Source: Squalus acanthias (taxonomy: Eukaryota). From it: a stretch of DNA of 64,000 nucleotides. Under the pieces are notes generated by a model. The model saw only the letters and a list, made by a program, of their open reading frames with translations, did no database searches and was not told the DNA's origin. The stretch lies in assembly GCA_030390025.1 (NCBI GenBank), contig CM059438.1:57104001-57168000 (forward strand), read 5' to 3'. The position numbers and the translations under genes were made by a program. Positions 27,601 through 42,600 of this stretch are shown piece by piece; position 1 is the first letter of the stretch, and every line of letters begins with the position of its first letter.

Positions 27601-30600
27601 CAGTGTGTTTAATCCCACTATAAATGAGTGTGACAGCAGTGTGTTTAATCCCACTATAAATGAGTGTGACAGCAGTGTGTTTAATCCCACTATAAATGAG
27701 TGTGACAGCAGTGTGTTTAATCCCACTATAAATGAGTGTGACAGCAGTGTGTTTAATCCCACTATAAATGAGTGTGACAGCAGTGTGTTTAATCCCACTA
27801 TAAATGAGTGTGACAGCAGTGTGTTTAATCCCACTATAAATGAGTGTGACAGCAGTGTGTTTAATCCCACTATAAATGAGTGTGACAGCAGTGTGTTTAA
27901 TCCCACTATAAATGAGTGTGACAGCAGTGTGTTTAATCCCACTATAAATGAGTGTGACAGCAGTGTGTTTAATCCCACTATAAATGAGTGTGACAGCAGT
28001 GTGTTTAATCCCACTATAAATGAGTGTGACAGCAGTGTGTTTAATCCCACTATAAATGAGTGTGACAGCAGTGTGTTTAATCCCACTATAAATGAGTGTG
28101 ACAGCAGTGTGTTTAATCCCACTATAAATGAGTGTGACAGCAGTGTGTTTAATCCCACTATAAATGAGTGTGACAGCAGTGTGTTTAATCCCACTATAAA
28201 TGAGTGTGACAGCAGTGTGTTTAATCCCACTATAAATGAGTGTGACAGCAGTGTGTTTAATCCCACTATAAATGAGTGTGACAGCAGTGTGTTTAATCCC
28301 ACTATAAATGAGTGTGACAGCAGTGTGTTTAATCCCACTATAAATGAGTGTGACAGCAGTGTGTTTAATCCCACTATAAATGAGTGTGACAGCAGTGTGT
28401 TTAATCCCACTATAAATGAGTGTGACAGCAGTGTGTTTAATCCCACTATAAATGAGTGTGACAGCAGTGTGTTTAATCCCACTATAAATGAGTGTGACAG
28501 CAGTGTGTTTAATCCCACTATAAATGAGTGTGACAGCAGTGTGTTTAATCCCACTATAAATGAGTGTGACAGCAGTGTGTTTAATCCCACTATAAATGAG
28601 TGTGACAGCAGTGTGTTTAATCCCACTATAAATGAGTGTGACAGCAGTGTGTTTAATCCCACTATAAATGAGTGTGACAGCAGTGTGTTTAATCCCACTA
28701 TAAATGAGTGTGACAGCAGTGTGTTTAATCCCACTATAAATGAGTGTGACAGCAGTGTGTTTAATCCCACTATAAATGAGTGTGACAGCAGTGTGTTTAA
28801 TCCCACTATAAATGAGTGTGACAGCAGTGTGTTTAATCCCACTATAAATGAGTGTGACAGCAGTGTGTTTAATCCCACTATAAATGAGTGTGACAGCAGT
28901 GTGTTTAATCCCACTATAAATGAGTGTGACAGCAGTGTGTTTAATCCCACTATAAATGAGTGTGACAGCAGTGTGTTTAATCCCACTATAAATGAGTGTG
29001 ACAGCAGTGTGTTTAATCCCACTATAAATGAGTGTGACAGCAGTGTGTTTAATCCCACTATAAATGAGTGTGACAGCAGTGTGTTTAATCCCACTATAAA
29101 TGAGTGTGACAGCAGTGTGTTTAATCCCACTATAAATGAGTGTGACAGCAGTGTGTTTAATCCCACTATAAATGAGTGTGACAGCAGTGTGTTTAATCCC
29201 ACTATAAATGAGTGTGACAGCAGTGTGTTTAATCCCACTATAAATGAGTGTGACAGCAGTGTGTTTAATCCCACTATAAATGAGTGTGACAGCAGTGTGT
29301 TTAATCCCACTATAAATGAGTGTGACAGCAGTGTGTTTAATCCCACTATAAATGAGTGTGACAGCAGTGTGTTTAATCCCACTATAAATGAGTGTGACAG
29401 CAGTGTGTTTAATCCCACTATAAATGAGTGTGACAGCAGTGTGTTTAATCCCACTATAAATGAGTGTGACAGCAGTGTGTTTAATCCCACTATAAATGAG
29501 TGTGACAGCAGTGTGTTTAATCCCACTATAAATGAGTGTGACAGCAGTGTGTTTAATCCCACTATAAATGAGTGTGACAGCAGTGTGTTTAATCCCACTA
29601 TAAATGAGTGTGACAGCAGTGTGTTTAATCCCACTATAAATGAGTGTGACAGCAGTGTGTTTAATCCCACTATAAATGAGTGTGACAGCAGTGTGTTTAA
29701 TCCCACTATAAATGAGTGTGACAGCAGTGTGTTTAATCCCACTATAAATGAGTGTGACAGCAGTGTGTTTAATCCCACTATAAATGAGTGTGACAGCAGT
29801 GTGTTTAATCCCACTATAAATGAGTGTGACAGCAGTGTGTTTAATCCCACTATAAATGAGTGTGACAGCAGTGTGTTTAATCCCACTATAAATGAGTGTG
29901 ACAGCAGTGTGTTTAATCCCACTATAAATGAGTGTGACAGCAGTGTGTTTAATCCCACTATAAATGAGTGTGACAGCAGTGTGTTTAATCCCACTATAAA
30001 TGAGTGTGACAGCAGTGTGTTTAATCCCACTATAAATGAGTGTGACAGCAGTGTGTTTAATCCCACTATAAATGAGTGTGACAGCAGTGTGTTTAATCCC
30101 ACTATAAATGAGTGTGACAGCAGTGTGTTTAATCCCACTATAAATGAGTGTGACAGCAGTGTGTTTAATCCCACTATAAATGAGTGTGACAGCAGTGTGT
30201 TTAATCCCACTATAAATGAGTGTGACAGCAGTGTGTTTAATCCCACTATAAATGAGTGTGACAGCAGTGTGTTTAATCCCACTATAAATGAGTGTGACAG
30301 CAGTGTGTTTAATCCCACTATAAATGAGTGTGACAGCAGTGTGTTTAATCCCACTATAAATGAGTGTGACAGCAGTGTGTTTAATCCCACTATAAATGAG
30401 TGTGACAGCAGTGTGTTTAATCCCACTATAAATGAGTGTGACAGCAGTGTGTTTAATCCCACTATAAATGAGTGTGACAGCAGTGTGTTTAATCCCACTA
30501 TAAATGAGTGTGACAGCAGTGTGTTTAATCCCACTATAAATGAGTGTGACAGCAGTGTGTTTAATCCCACTATAAATGAGTGTGACAGCAGTGTGTTTAA

Positions 30601-33600
30601 TCCCACTATAAATGAGTGTGACAGCAGTGTGTTTAATCCCACTATAAATGAGTGTGACAGCAGTGTGTTTAATCCCACTATAAATGAGTGTGACAGCAGT
30701 GTGTTTAATCCCACTATAAATGAGTGTGACAGCAGTGTGTTTAATCCCACTATAAATGAGTGTGACAGCAGTGTGTTTAATCCCACTATAAATGAGTGTG
30801 ACAGCAGTGTGTTTAATCCCACTATAAATGAGTGTGACAGCAGTGTGTTTAATCCCACTATAAATGAGTGTGACAGCAGTGTGTTTAATCCCACTATAAA
30901 TGAGTGTGACAGCAGTGTGTTTAATCCCACTATAAATGAGTGTGACAGCAGTGTGTTTAATCCCACTATAAATGAGTGTGACAGCAGTGTGTTTAATCCC
31001 ACTATAAATGAGTGTGACAGCAGTGTGTTTAATCCCACTATAAATGAGTGTGACAGCAGTGTGTTTAATCCCACTATAAATGAGTGTGACAGCAGTGTGT
31101 TTAATCCCACTATAAATGAGTGTGACAGCAGTGTGTTTAATCCCACTATAAATGAGTGTGACAGCAGTGTGTTTAATCCCACTATAAATGAGTGTGACAG
31201 CAGTGTGTTTAATCCCACTATAAATGAGTGTGACAGCAGTGTGTTTAATCCCACTATAAATGAGTGTGACAGCAGTGTGTTTAATCCCACTATAAATGAG
31301 TGTGACAGCAGTGTGTTTAATCCCACTATAAATGAGTGTGACAGCAGTGTGTTTAATCCCACTATAAATGAGTGTGACAGCAGTGTGTTTAATCCCACTA
31401 TAAATGAGTGTGACAGCAGTGTGTTTAATCCCACTATAAATGAGTGTGACAGCAGTGTGTTTAATCCCACTATAAATGAGTGTGACAGCAGTGTGTTTAA
31501 TCCCACTATAAATGAGTGTGACAGCAGTGTGTTTAATCCCACTATAAATGAGTGTGACAGCAGTGTGTTTAATCCCACTATAAATGAGTGTGACAGCAGT
31601 GTGTTTAATCCCACTATAAATGAGTGTGACAGCAGTGTGTTTAATCCCACTATAAATGAGTGTGACAGCAGTGTGTTTAATCCCACTATAAATGAGTGTG
31701 ACAGCAGTGTGTTTAATCCCACTATAAATGAGTGTGACAGCAGTGTGTTTAATCCCACTATAAATGAGTGTGACAGCAGTGTGTTTAATCCCACTATAAA
31801 TGAGTGTGACAGCAGTGTGTTTAATCCCACTATAAATGAGTGTGACAGCAGTGTGTTTAATCCCACTATAAATGAGTGTGACAGCAGTGTGTTTAATCCC
31901 ACTATAAATGAGTGTGACAGCAGTGTGTTTAATCCCACTATAAATGAGTGTGACAGCAGTGTGTTTAATCCCACTATAAATGAGTGTGACAGCAGTGTGT
32001 TTAATCCCACTATAAATGAGTGTGACAGCAGTGTGTTTAATCCCACTATAAATGAGTGTGACAGCAGTGTGTTTAATCCCACTATAAATGAGTGTGACAG
32101 CAGTGTGTTTAATCCCACTATAAATGAGTGTGACAGCAGTGTGTTTAATCCCACTATAAATGAGTGTGACAGCAGTGTGTTTAATCCCACTATAAATGAG
32201 TGTGACAGCAGTGTGTTTAATCCCACTATAAATGAGTGTGACAGCAGTGTGTTTAATCCCACTATAAATGAGTGTGACAGCAGTGTGTTTAATCCCACTA
32301 TAAATGAGTGTGACAGCAGTGTGTTTAATCCCACTATAAATGAGTGTGACAGCAGTGTGTTTAATCCCACTATAAATGAGTGTGACAGCAGTGTGTTTAA
32401 TCCCACTATAAATGAGTGTGACAGCAGTGTGTTTAATCCCACTATAAATGAGTGTGACAGCAGTGTGTTTAATCCCACTATAAATGAGTGTGACAGCAGT
32501 GTGTTTAATCCCACTATAAATGAGTGTGACAGCAGTGTGTTTAATCCCACTATAAATGAGTGTGACAGCAGTGTGTTTAATCCCACTATAAATGAGTGTG
32601 ACAGCAGTGTGTTTAATCCCACTATAAATGAGTGTGACAGCAGTGTGTTTAATCCCACTATAAATGAGTGTGACAGCAGTGTGTTTAATCCCACTATAAA
32701 TGAGTGTGACAGCAGTGTGTTTAATCCCACTATAAATGAGTGTGACAGCAGTGTGTTTAATCCCACTATAAATGAGTGTGACAGCAGTGTGTTTAATCCC
32801 ACTATAAATGAGTGTGACAGCAGTGTGTTTAATCCCACTATAAATGAGTGTGACAGCAGTGTGTTTAATCCCACTATAAATGAGTGTGACAGCAGTGTGT
32901 TTAATCCCACTATAAATGAGTGTGACAGCAGTGTGTTTAATCCCACTATAAATGAGTGTGACAGCAGTGTGTTTAATCCCACTATAAATGAGTGTGACAG
33001 CAGTGTGTTTAATCCCACTATAAATGAGTGTGACAGCAGTGTGTTTAATCCCACTATAAATGAGTGTGACAGCAGTGTGTTTAATCCCACTATAAATGAG
33101 TGTGACAGCAGTGTGTTTAATCCCACTATAAATGAGTGTGACAGCAGTGTGTTTAATCCCACTATAAATGAGTGTGACAGCAGTGTGTTTAATCCCACTA
33201 TAAATGAGTGTGACAGCAGTGTGTTTAATCCCACTATAAATGAGTGTGACAGCAGTGTGTTTAATCCCACTATAAATGAGTGTGACAGCAGTGTGTTTAA
33301 TCCCACTATAAATGAGTGTGACAGCAGTGTGTTTAATCCCACTATAAATGAGTGTGACAGCAGTGTGTTTAATCCCACTATAAATGAGTGTGACAGCAGT
33401 GTGTTTAATCCCACTATAAATGAGTGTGACAGCAGTGTGTTTAATCCCACTATAAATGAGTGTGACAGCAGTGTGTTTAATCCCACTATAAATGAGTGTG
33501 ACAGCAGTGTGTTTAATCCCACTATAAATGAGTGTGACAGCAGTGTGTTTAATCCCACTATAAATGAGTGTGACAGCAGTGTGTTTAATCCCACTATAAA

Positions 33601-36600
33601 TGAGTGTGACAGCAGTGTGTTTAATCCCACTATAAATGAGTGTGACAGCAGTGTGTTTAATCCCACTATAAATGAGTGTGACAGCAGTGTGTTTAATCCC
33701 ACTATAAATGAGTGTGACAGCAGTGTGTTTAATCCCACTATAAATGAGTGTGACAGCAGTGTGTTTAATCCCACTATAAATGAGTGTGACAGCAGTGTGT
33801 TTAATCCCACTATAAATGAGTGTGACAGCAGTGTGTTTAATCCCACTATAAATGAGTGTGACAGCAGTGTGTTTAATCCCACTATAAATGAGTGTGACAG
33901 CAGTGTGTTTAATCCCACTATAAATGAGTGTGACAGCAGTGTGTTTAATCCCACTATAAATGAGTGTGACAGCAGTGTGTTTAATCCCACTATAAATGAG
34001 TGTGACAGCAGTGTGTTTAATCCCACTATAAATGAGTGTGACAGCAGTGTGTTTAATCCCACTATAAATGAGTGTGACAGCAGTGTGTTTAATCCCACTA
34101 TAAATGAGTGTGACAGCAGTGTGTTTAATCCCACTATAAATGAGTGTGACAGCAGTGTGTTTAATCCCACTATAAATGAGTGTGACAGCAGTGTGTTTAA
34201 TCCCACTATAAATGAGTGTGACAGCAGTGTGTTTAATCCCACTATAAATGAGTGTGACAGCAGTGTGTTTAATCCCACTATAAATGAGTGTGACAGCAGT
34301 GTGTTTAATCCCACTATAAATGAGTGTGACAGCAGTGTGTTTAATCCCACTATAAATGAGTGTGACAGCAGTGTGTTTAATCCCACTATAAATGAGTGTG
34401 ACAGCAGTGTGTTTAATCCCACTATAAATGAGTGTGACAGCAGTGTGTTTAATCCCACTATAAATGAGTGTGACAGCAGTGTGTTTAATCCCACTATAAA
34501 TGAGTGTGACAGCAGTGTGTTTAATCCCACTATAAATGAGTGTGACAGCAGTGTGTTTAATCCCACTATAAATGAGTGTGACAGCAGTGTGTTTAATCCC
34601 ACTATAAATGAGTGTGACAGCAGTGTGTTTAATCCCACTATAAATGAGTGTGACAGCAGTGTGTTTAATCCCACTATAAATGAGTGTGACAGCAGTGTGT
34701 TTAATCCCACTATAAATGAGTGTGACAGCAGTGTGTTTAATCCCACTATAAATGAGTGTGACAGCAGTGTGTTTAATCCCACTATAAATGAGTGTGACAG
34801 CAGTGTGTTTAATCCCACTATAAATGAGTGTGACAGCAGTGTGTTTAATCCCACTATAAATGAGTGTGACAGCAGTGTGTTTAATCCCACTATAAATGAG
34901 TGTGACAGCAGTGTGTTTAATCCCACTATAAATGAGTGTGACAGCAGTGTGTTTAATCCCACTATAAATGAGTGTGACAGCAGTGTGTTTAATCCCACTA
35001 TAAATGAGTGTGACAGCAGTGTGTTTAATCCCACTATAAATGAGTGTGACAGCAGTGTGTTTAATCCCACTATAAATGAGTGTGACAGCAGTGTGTTTAA
35101 TCCCACTATAAATGAGTGTGACAGCAGTGTGTTTAATCCCACTATAAATGAGTGTGACAGCAGTGTGTTTAATCCCACTATAAATGAGTGTGACAGCAGT
35201 GTGTTTAATCCCACTATAAATGAGTGTGACAGCAGTGTGTTTAATCCCACTATAAATGAGTGTGACAGCAGTGTGTTTAATCCCACTATAAATGAGTGTG
35301 ACAGCAGTGTGTTTAATCCCACTATAAATGAGTGTGACAGCAGTGTGTTTAATCCCACTATAAATGAGTGTGACAGCAGTGTGTTTAATCCCACTATAAA
35401 TGAGTGTGACAGCAGTGTGTTTAATCCCACTATAAATGAGTGTGACAGCAGTGTGTTTAATCCCACTATAAATGAGTGTGACAGCAGTGTGTTTAATCCC
35501 ACTATAAATGAGTGTGACAGCAGTGTGTTTAATCCCACTATAAATGAGTGTGACAGCAGTGTGTTTAATCCCACTATAAATGAGTGTGACAGCAGTGTGT
35601 TTAATCCCACTATAAATGAGTGTGACAGCAGTGTGTTTAATCCCACTATAAATGAGTGTGACAGCAGTGTGTTTAATCCCACTATAAATGAGTGTGACAG
35701 CAGTGTGTTTAATCCCACTATAAATGAGTGTGACAGCAGTGTGTTTAATCCCACTATAAATGAGTGTGACAGCAGTGTGTTTAATCCCACTATAAATGAG
35801 TGTGACAGCAGTGTGTTTAATCCCACTATAAATGAGTGTGACAGCAGTGTGTTTAATCCCACTATAAATGAGTGTGACAGCAGTGTGTTTAATCCCACTA
35901 TAAATGAGTGTGACAGCAGTGTGTTTAATCCCACTATAAATGAGTGTGACAGCAGTGTGTTTAATCCCACTATAAATGAGTGTGACAGCAGTGTGTTTAA
36001 TCCCACTATAAATGAGTGTGACAGCAGTGTGTTTAATCCCACTATAAATGAGTGTGACAGCAGTGTGTTTAATCCCACTATAAATGAGTGTGACAGCAGT
36101 GTGTTTAATCCCACTATAAATGAGTGTGACAGCAGTGTGTTTAATCCCACTATAAATGAGTGTGACAGCAGTGTGTTTAATCCCACTATAAATGAGTGTG
36201 ACAGCAGTGTGTTTAATCCCACTATAAATGAGTGTGACAGCAGTGTGTTTAATCCCACTATAAATGAGTGTGACAGCAGTGTGTTTAATCCCACTATAAA
36301 TGAGTGTGACAGCAGTGTGTTTAATCCCACTATAAATGAGTGTGACAGCAGTGTGTTTAATCCCACTATAAATGAGTGTGACAGCAGTGTGTTTAATCCC
36401 ACTATAAATGAGTGTGACAGCAGTGTGTTTAATCCCACTATAAATGAGTGTGACAGCAGTGTGTTTAATCCCACTATAAATGAGTGTGACAGCAGTGTGT
36501 TTAATCCCACTATAAATGAGTGTGACAGCAGTGTGTTTAATCCCACTATAAATGAGTGTGACAGCAGTGTGTTTAATCCCACTATAAATGAGTGTGACAG

Positions 36601-39600
36601 CAGTGTGTTTAATCCCACTATAAATGAGTGTGACAGCAGTGTGTTTAATCCCACTATAAATGAGTGTGACAGCAGTGTGTTTAATCCCACTATAAATGAG
36701 TGTGACAGCAGTGTGTTTAATCCCACTATAAATGAGTGTGACAGCAGTGTGTTTAATCCCACTATAAATGAGTGTGACAGCAGTGTGTTTAATCCCACTA
36801 TAAATGAGTGTGACAGCAGTGTGTTTAATCCCACTATAAATGAGTGTGACAGCAGTGTGTTTAATCCCACTATAAATGAGTGTGACAGCAGTGTGTTTAA
36901 TCCCACTATAAATGAGTGTGACAGCAGTGTGTTTAATCCCACTATAAATGAGTGTGACAGCAGTGTGTTTAATCCCACTATAAATGAGTGTGACAGCAGT
37001 GTGTTTAATCCCACTATAAATGAGTGTGACAGCAGTGTGTTTAATCCCACTATAAATGAGTGTGACAGCAGTGTGTTTAATCCCACTATAAATGAGTGTG
37101 ACAGCAGTGTGTTTAATCCCACTATAAATGAGTGTGACAGCAGTGTGTTTAATCCCACTATAAATGAGTGTGACAGCAGTGTGTTTAATCCCACTATAAA
37201 TGAGTGTGACAGCAGTGTGTTTAATCCCACTATAAATGAGTGTGACAGCAGTGTGTTTAATCCCACTATAAATGAGTGTGACAGCAGTGTGTTTAATCCC
37301 ACTATAAATGAGTGTGACAGCAGTGTGTTTAATCCCACTATAAATGAGTGTGACAGCAGTGTGTTTAATCCCACTATAAATGAGTGTGACAGCAGTGTGT
37401 TTAATCCCACTATAAATGAGTGTGACAGCAGTGTGTTTAATCCCACTATAAATGAGTGTGACAGCAGTGTGTTTAATCCCACTATAAATGAGTGTGACAG
37501 CAGTGTGTTTAATCCCACTATAAATGAGTGTGACAGCAGTGTGTTTAATCCCACTATAAATGAGTGTGACAGCAGTGTGTTTAATCCCACTATAAATGAG
37601 TGTGACAGCAGTGTGTTTAATCCCACTATAAATGAGTGTGACAGCAGTGTGTTTAATCCCACTATAAATGAGTGTGACAGCAGTGTGTTTAATCCCACTA
37701 TAAATGAGTGTGACAGCAGTGTGTTTAATCCCACTATAAATGAGTGTGACAGCAGTGTGTTTAATCCCACTATAAATGAGTGTGACAGCAGTGTGTTTAA
37801 TCCCACTATAAATGAGTGTGACAGCAGTGTGTTTAATCCCACTATAAATGAGTGTGACAGCAGTGTGTTTAATCCCACTATAAATGAGTGTGACAGCAGT
37901 GTGTTTAATCCCACTATAAATGAGTGTGACAGCAGTGTGTTTAATCCCACTATAAATGAGTGTGACAGCAGTGTGTTTAATCCCACTATAAATGAGTGTG
38001 ACAGCAGTGTGTTTAATCCCACTATAAATGAGTGTGACAGCAGTGTGTTTAATCCCACTATAAATGAGTGTGACAGCAGTGTGTTTAATCCCACTATAAA
38101 TGAGTGTGACAGCAGTGTGTTTAATCCCACTATAAATGAGTGTGACAGCAGTGTGTTTAATCCCACTATAAATGAGTGTGACAGCAGTGTGTTTAATCCC
38201 ACTATAAATGAGTGTGACAGCAGTGTGTTTAATCCCACTATAAATGAGTGTGACAGCAGTGTGTTTAATCCCACTATAAATGAGTGTGACAGCAGTGTGT
38301 TTAATCCCACTATAAATGAGTGTGACAGCAGTGTGTTTAATCCCACTATAAATGAGTGTGACAGCAGTGTGTTTAATCCCACTATAAATGAGTGTGACAG
38401 CAGTGTGTTTAATCCCACTATAAATGAGTGTGACAGCAGTGTGTTTAATCCCACTATAAATGAGTGTGACAGCAGTGTGTTTAATCCCACTATAAATGAG
38501 TGTGACAGCAGTGTGTTTAATCCCACTATAAATGAGTGTGACAGCAGTGTGTTTAATCCCACTATAAATGAGTGTGACAGCAGTGTGTTTAATCCCACTA
38601 TAAATGAGTGTGACAGCAGTGTGTTTAATCCCACTATAAATGAGTGTGACAGCAGTGTGTTTAATCCCACTATAAATGAGTGTGACAGCAGTGTGTTTAA
38701 TCCCACTATAAATGAGTGTGACAGCAGTGTGTTTAATCCCACTATAAATGAGTGTGACAGCAGTGTGTTTAATCCCACTATAAATGAGTGTGACAGCAGT
38801 GTGTTTAATCCCACTATAAATGAGTGTGACAGCAGTGTGTTTAATCCCACTATAAATGAGTGTGACAGCAGTGTGTTTAATCCCACTATAAATGAGTGTG
38901 ACAGCAGTGTGTTTAATCCCACTATAAATGAGTGTGACAGCAGTGTGTTTAATCCCACTATAAATGAGTGTGACAGCAGTGTGTTTAATCCCACTATAAA
39001 TGAGTGTGACAGCAGTGTGTTTAATCCCACTATAAATGAGTGTGACAGCAGTGTGTTTAATCCCACTATAAATGAGTGTGACAGCAGTGTGTTTAATCCC
39101 ACTATAAATGAGTGTGACAGCAGTGTGTTTAATCCCACTATAAATGAGTGTGACAGCAGTGTGTTTAATCCCACTATAAATGAGTGTGACAGCAGTGTGT
39201 TTAATCCCACTATAAATGAGTGTGACAGCAGTGTGTTTAATCCCACTATAAATGAGTGTGACAGCAGTGTGTTTAATCCCACTATAAATGAGTGTGACAG
39301 CAGTGTGTTTAATCCCACTATAAATGAGTGTGACAGCAGTGTGTTTAATCCCACTATAAATGAGTGTGACAGCAGTGTGTTTAATCCCACTATAAATGAG
39401 TGTGACAGCAGTGTGTTTAATCCCACTATAAATGAGTGTGACAGCAGTGTGTTTAATCCCACTATAAATGAGTGTGACAGCAGTGTGTTTAATCCCACTA
39501 TAAATGAGTGTGACAGCAGTGTGTTTAATCCCACTATAAATGAGTGTGACAGCAGTGTGTTTAATCCCACTATAAATGAGTGTGACAGCAGTGTGTTTAA

Positions 39601-42600
39601 TCCCACTATAAATGAGTGTGACAGCAGTGTGTTTAATCCCACTATAAATGAGTGTGACAGCAGTGTGTTTAATCCCACTATAAATGAGTGTGACAGCAGT
39701 GTGTTTAATCCCACTATAAATGAGTGTGACAGCAGTGTGTTTAATCCCACTATAAATGAGTGTGACAGCAGTGTGTTTAATCCCACTATAAATGAGTGTG
39801 ACAGCAGTGTGTTTAATCCCACTATAAATGAGTGTGACAGCAGTGTGTTTAATCCCACTATAAATGAGTGTGACAGCAGTGTGTTTAATCCCACTATAAA
39901 TGAGTGTGACAGCAGTGTGTTTAATCCCACTATAAATGAGTGTGACAGCAGTGTGTTTAATCCCACTATAAATGAGTGTGACAGCAGTGTGTTTAATCCC
40001 ACTATAAATGAGTGTGACAGCAGTGTGTTTAATCCCACTATAAATGAGTGTGACAGCAGTGTGTTTAATCCCACTATAAATGAGTGTGACAGCAGTGTGT
40101 TTAATCCCACTATAAATGAGTGTGACAGCAGTGTGTTTAATCCCACTATAAATGAGTGTGACAGCAGTGTGTTTAATCCCACTATAAATGAGTGTGACAG
40201 CAGTGTGTTTAATCCCACTATAAATGAGTGTGACAGCAGTGTGTTTAATCCCACTATAAATGAGTGTGACAGCAGTGTGTTTAATCCCACTATAAATGAG
40301 TGTGACAGCAGTGTGTTTAATCCCACTATAAATGAGTGTGACAGCAGTGTGTTTAATCCCACTATAAATGAGTGTGACAGCAGTGTGTTTAATCCCACTA
40401 TAAATGAGTGTGACAGCAGTGTGTTTAATCCCACTATAAATGAGTGTGACAGCAGTGTGTTTAATCCCACTATAAATGAGTGTGACAGCAGTGTGTTTAA
40501 TCCCACTATAAATGAGTGTGACAGCAGTGTGTTTAATCCCACTATAAATGAGTGTGACAGCAGTGTGTTTAATCCCACTATAAATGAGTGTGACAGCAGT
40601 GTGTTTAATCCCACTATAAATGAGTGTGACAGCAGTGTGTTTAATCCCACTATAAATGAGTGTGACAGCAGTGTGTTTAATCCCACTATAAATGAGTGTG
40701 ACAGCAGTGTGTTTAATCCCACTATAAATGAGTGTGACAGCAGTGTGTTTAATCCCACTATAAATGAGTGTGACAGCAGTGTGTTTAATCCCACTATAAA
40801 TGAGTGTGACAGCAGTGTGTTTAATCCCACTATAAATGAGTGTGACAGCAGTGTGTTTAATCCCACTATAAATGAGTGTGACAGCAGTGTGTTTAATCCC
40901 ACTATAAATGAGTGTGACAGCAGTGTGTTTAATCCCACTATAAATGAGTGTGACAGCAGTGTGTTTAATCCCACTATAAATGAGTGTGACAGCAGTGTGT
41001 TTAATCCCACTATAAATGAGTGTGACAGCAGTGTGTTTAATCCCACTATAAATGAGTGTGACAGCAGTGTGTTTAATCCCACTATAAATGAGTGTGACAG
41101 CAGTGTGTTTAATCCCACTATAAATGAGTGTGACAGCAGTGTGTTTAATCCCACTATAAATGAGTGTGACAGCAGTGTGTTTAATCCCACTATAAATGAG
41201 TGTGACAGCAGTGTGTTTAATCCCACTATAAATGAGTGTGACAGCAGTGTGTTTAATCCCACTATAAATGAGTGTGACAGCAGTGTGTTTAATCCCACTA
41301 TAAATGAGTGTGACAGCAGTGTGTTTAATCCCACTATAAATGAGTGTGACAGCAGTGTGTTTAATCCCACTATAAATGAGTGTGACAGCAGTGTGTTTAA
41401 TCCCACTATAAATGAGTGTGACAGCAGTGTGTTTAATCCCACTATAAATGAGTGTGACAGCAGTGTGTTTAATCCCACTATAAATGAGTGTGACAGCAGT
41501 GTGTTTAATCCCACTATAAATGAGTGTGACAGCAGTGTGTTTAATCCCACTATAAATGAGTGTGACAGCAGTGTGTTTAATCCCACTATAAATGAGTGTG
41601 ACAGCAGTGTGTTTAATCCCACTATAAATGAGTGTGACAGCAGTGTGTTTAATCCCACTATAAATGAGTGTGACAGCAGTGTGTTTAATCCCACTATAAA
41701 TGAGTGTGACAGCAGTGTGTTTAATCCCACTATAAATGAGTGTGACAGCAGTGTGTTTAATCCCACTATAAATGAGTGTGACAGCAGTGTGTTTAATCCC
41801 ACTATAAATGAGTGTGACAGCAGTGTGTTTAATCCCACTATAAATGAGTGTGACAGCAGTGTGTTTAATCCCACTATAAATGAGTGTGACAGCAGTGTGT
41901 TTAATCCCACTATAAATGAGTGTGACAGCAGTGTGTTTAATCCCACTATAAATGAGTGTGACAGCAGTGTGTTTAATCCCACTATAAATGAGTGTGACAG
42001 CAGTGTGTTTAATCCCACTATAAATGAGTGTGACAGCAGTGTGTTTAATCCCACTATAAATGAGTGTGACAGCAGTGTGTTTAATCCCACTATAAATGAG
42101 TGTGACAGCAGTGTGTTTAATCCCACTATAAATGAGTGTGACAGCAGTGTGTTTAATCCCACTATAAATGAGTGTGACAGCAGTGTGTTTAATCCCACTA
42201 TAAATGAGTGTGACAGCAGTGTGTTTAATCCCACTATAAATGAGTGTGACAGCAGTGTGTTTAATCCCACTATAAATGAGTGTGACAGCAGTGTGTTTAA
42301 TCCCACTATAAATGAGTGTGACAGCAGTGTGTTTAATCCCACTATAAATGAGTGTGACAGCAGTGTGTTTAATCCCACTATAAATGAGTGTGACAGCAGT
42401 GTGTTTAATCCCACTATAAATGAGTGTGACAGCAGTGTGTTTAATCCCACTATAAATGAGTGTGACAGCAGTGTGTTTAATCCCACTATAAATGAGTGTG
42501 ACAGCAGTGTGTTTAATCCCACTATAAATGAGTGTGACAGCAGTGTGTTTAATCCCACTATAAATGAGTGTGACAGCAGTGTGTTTAATCCCACTATAAA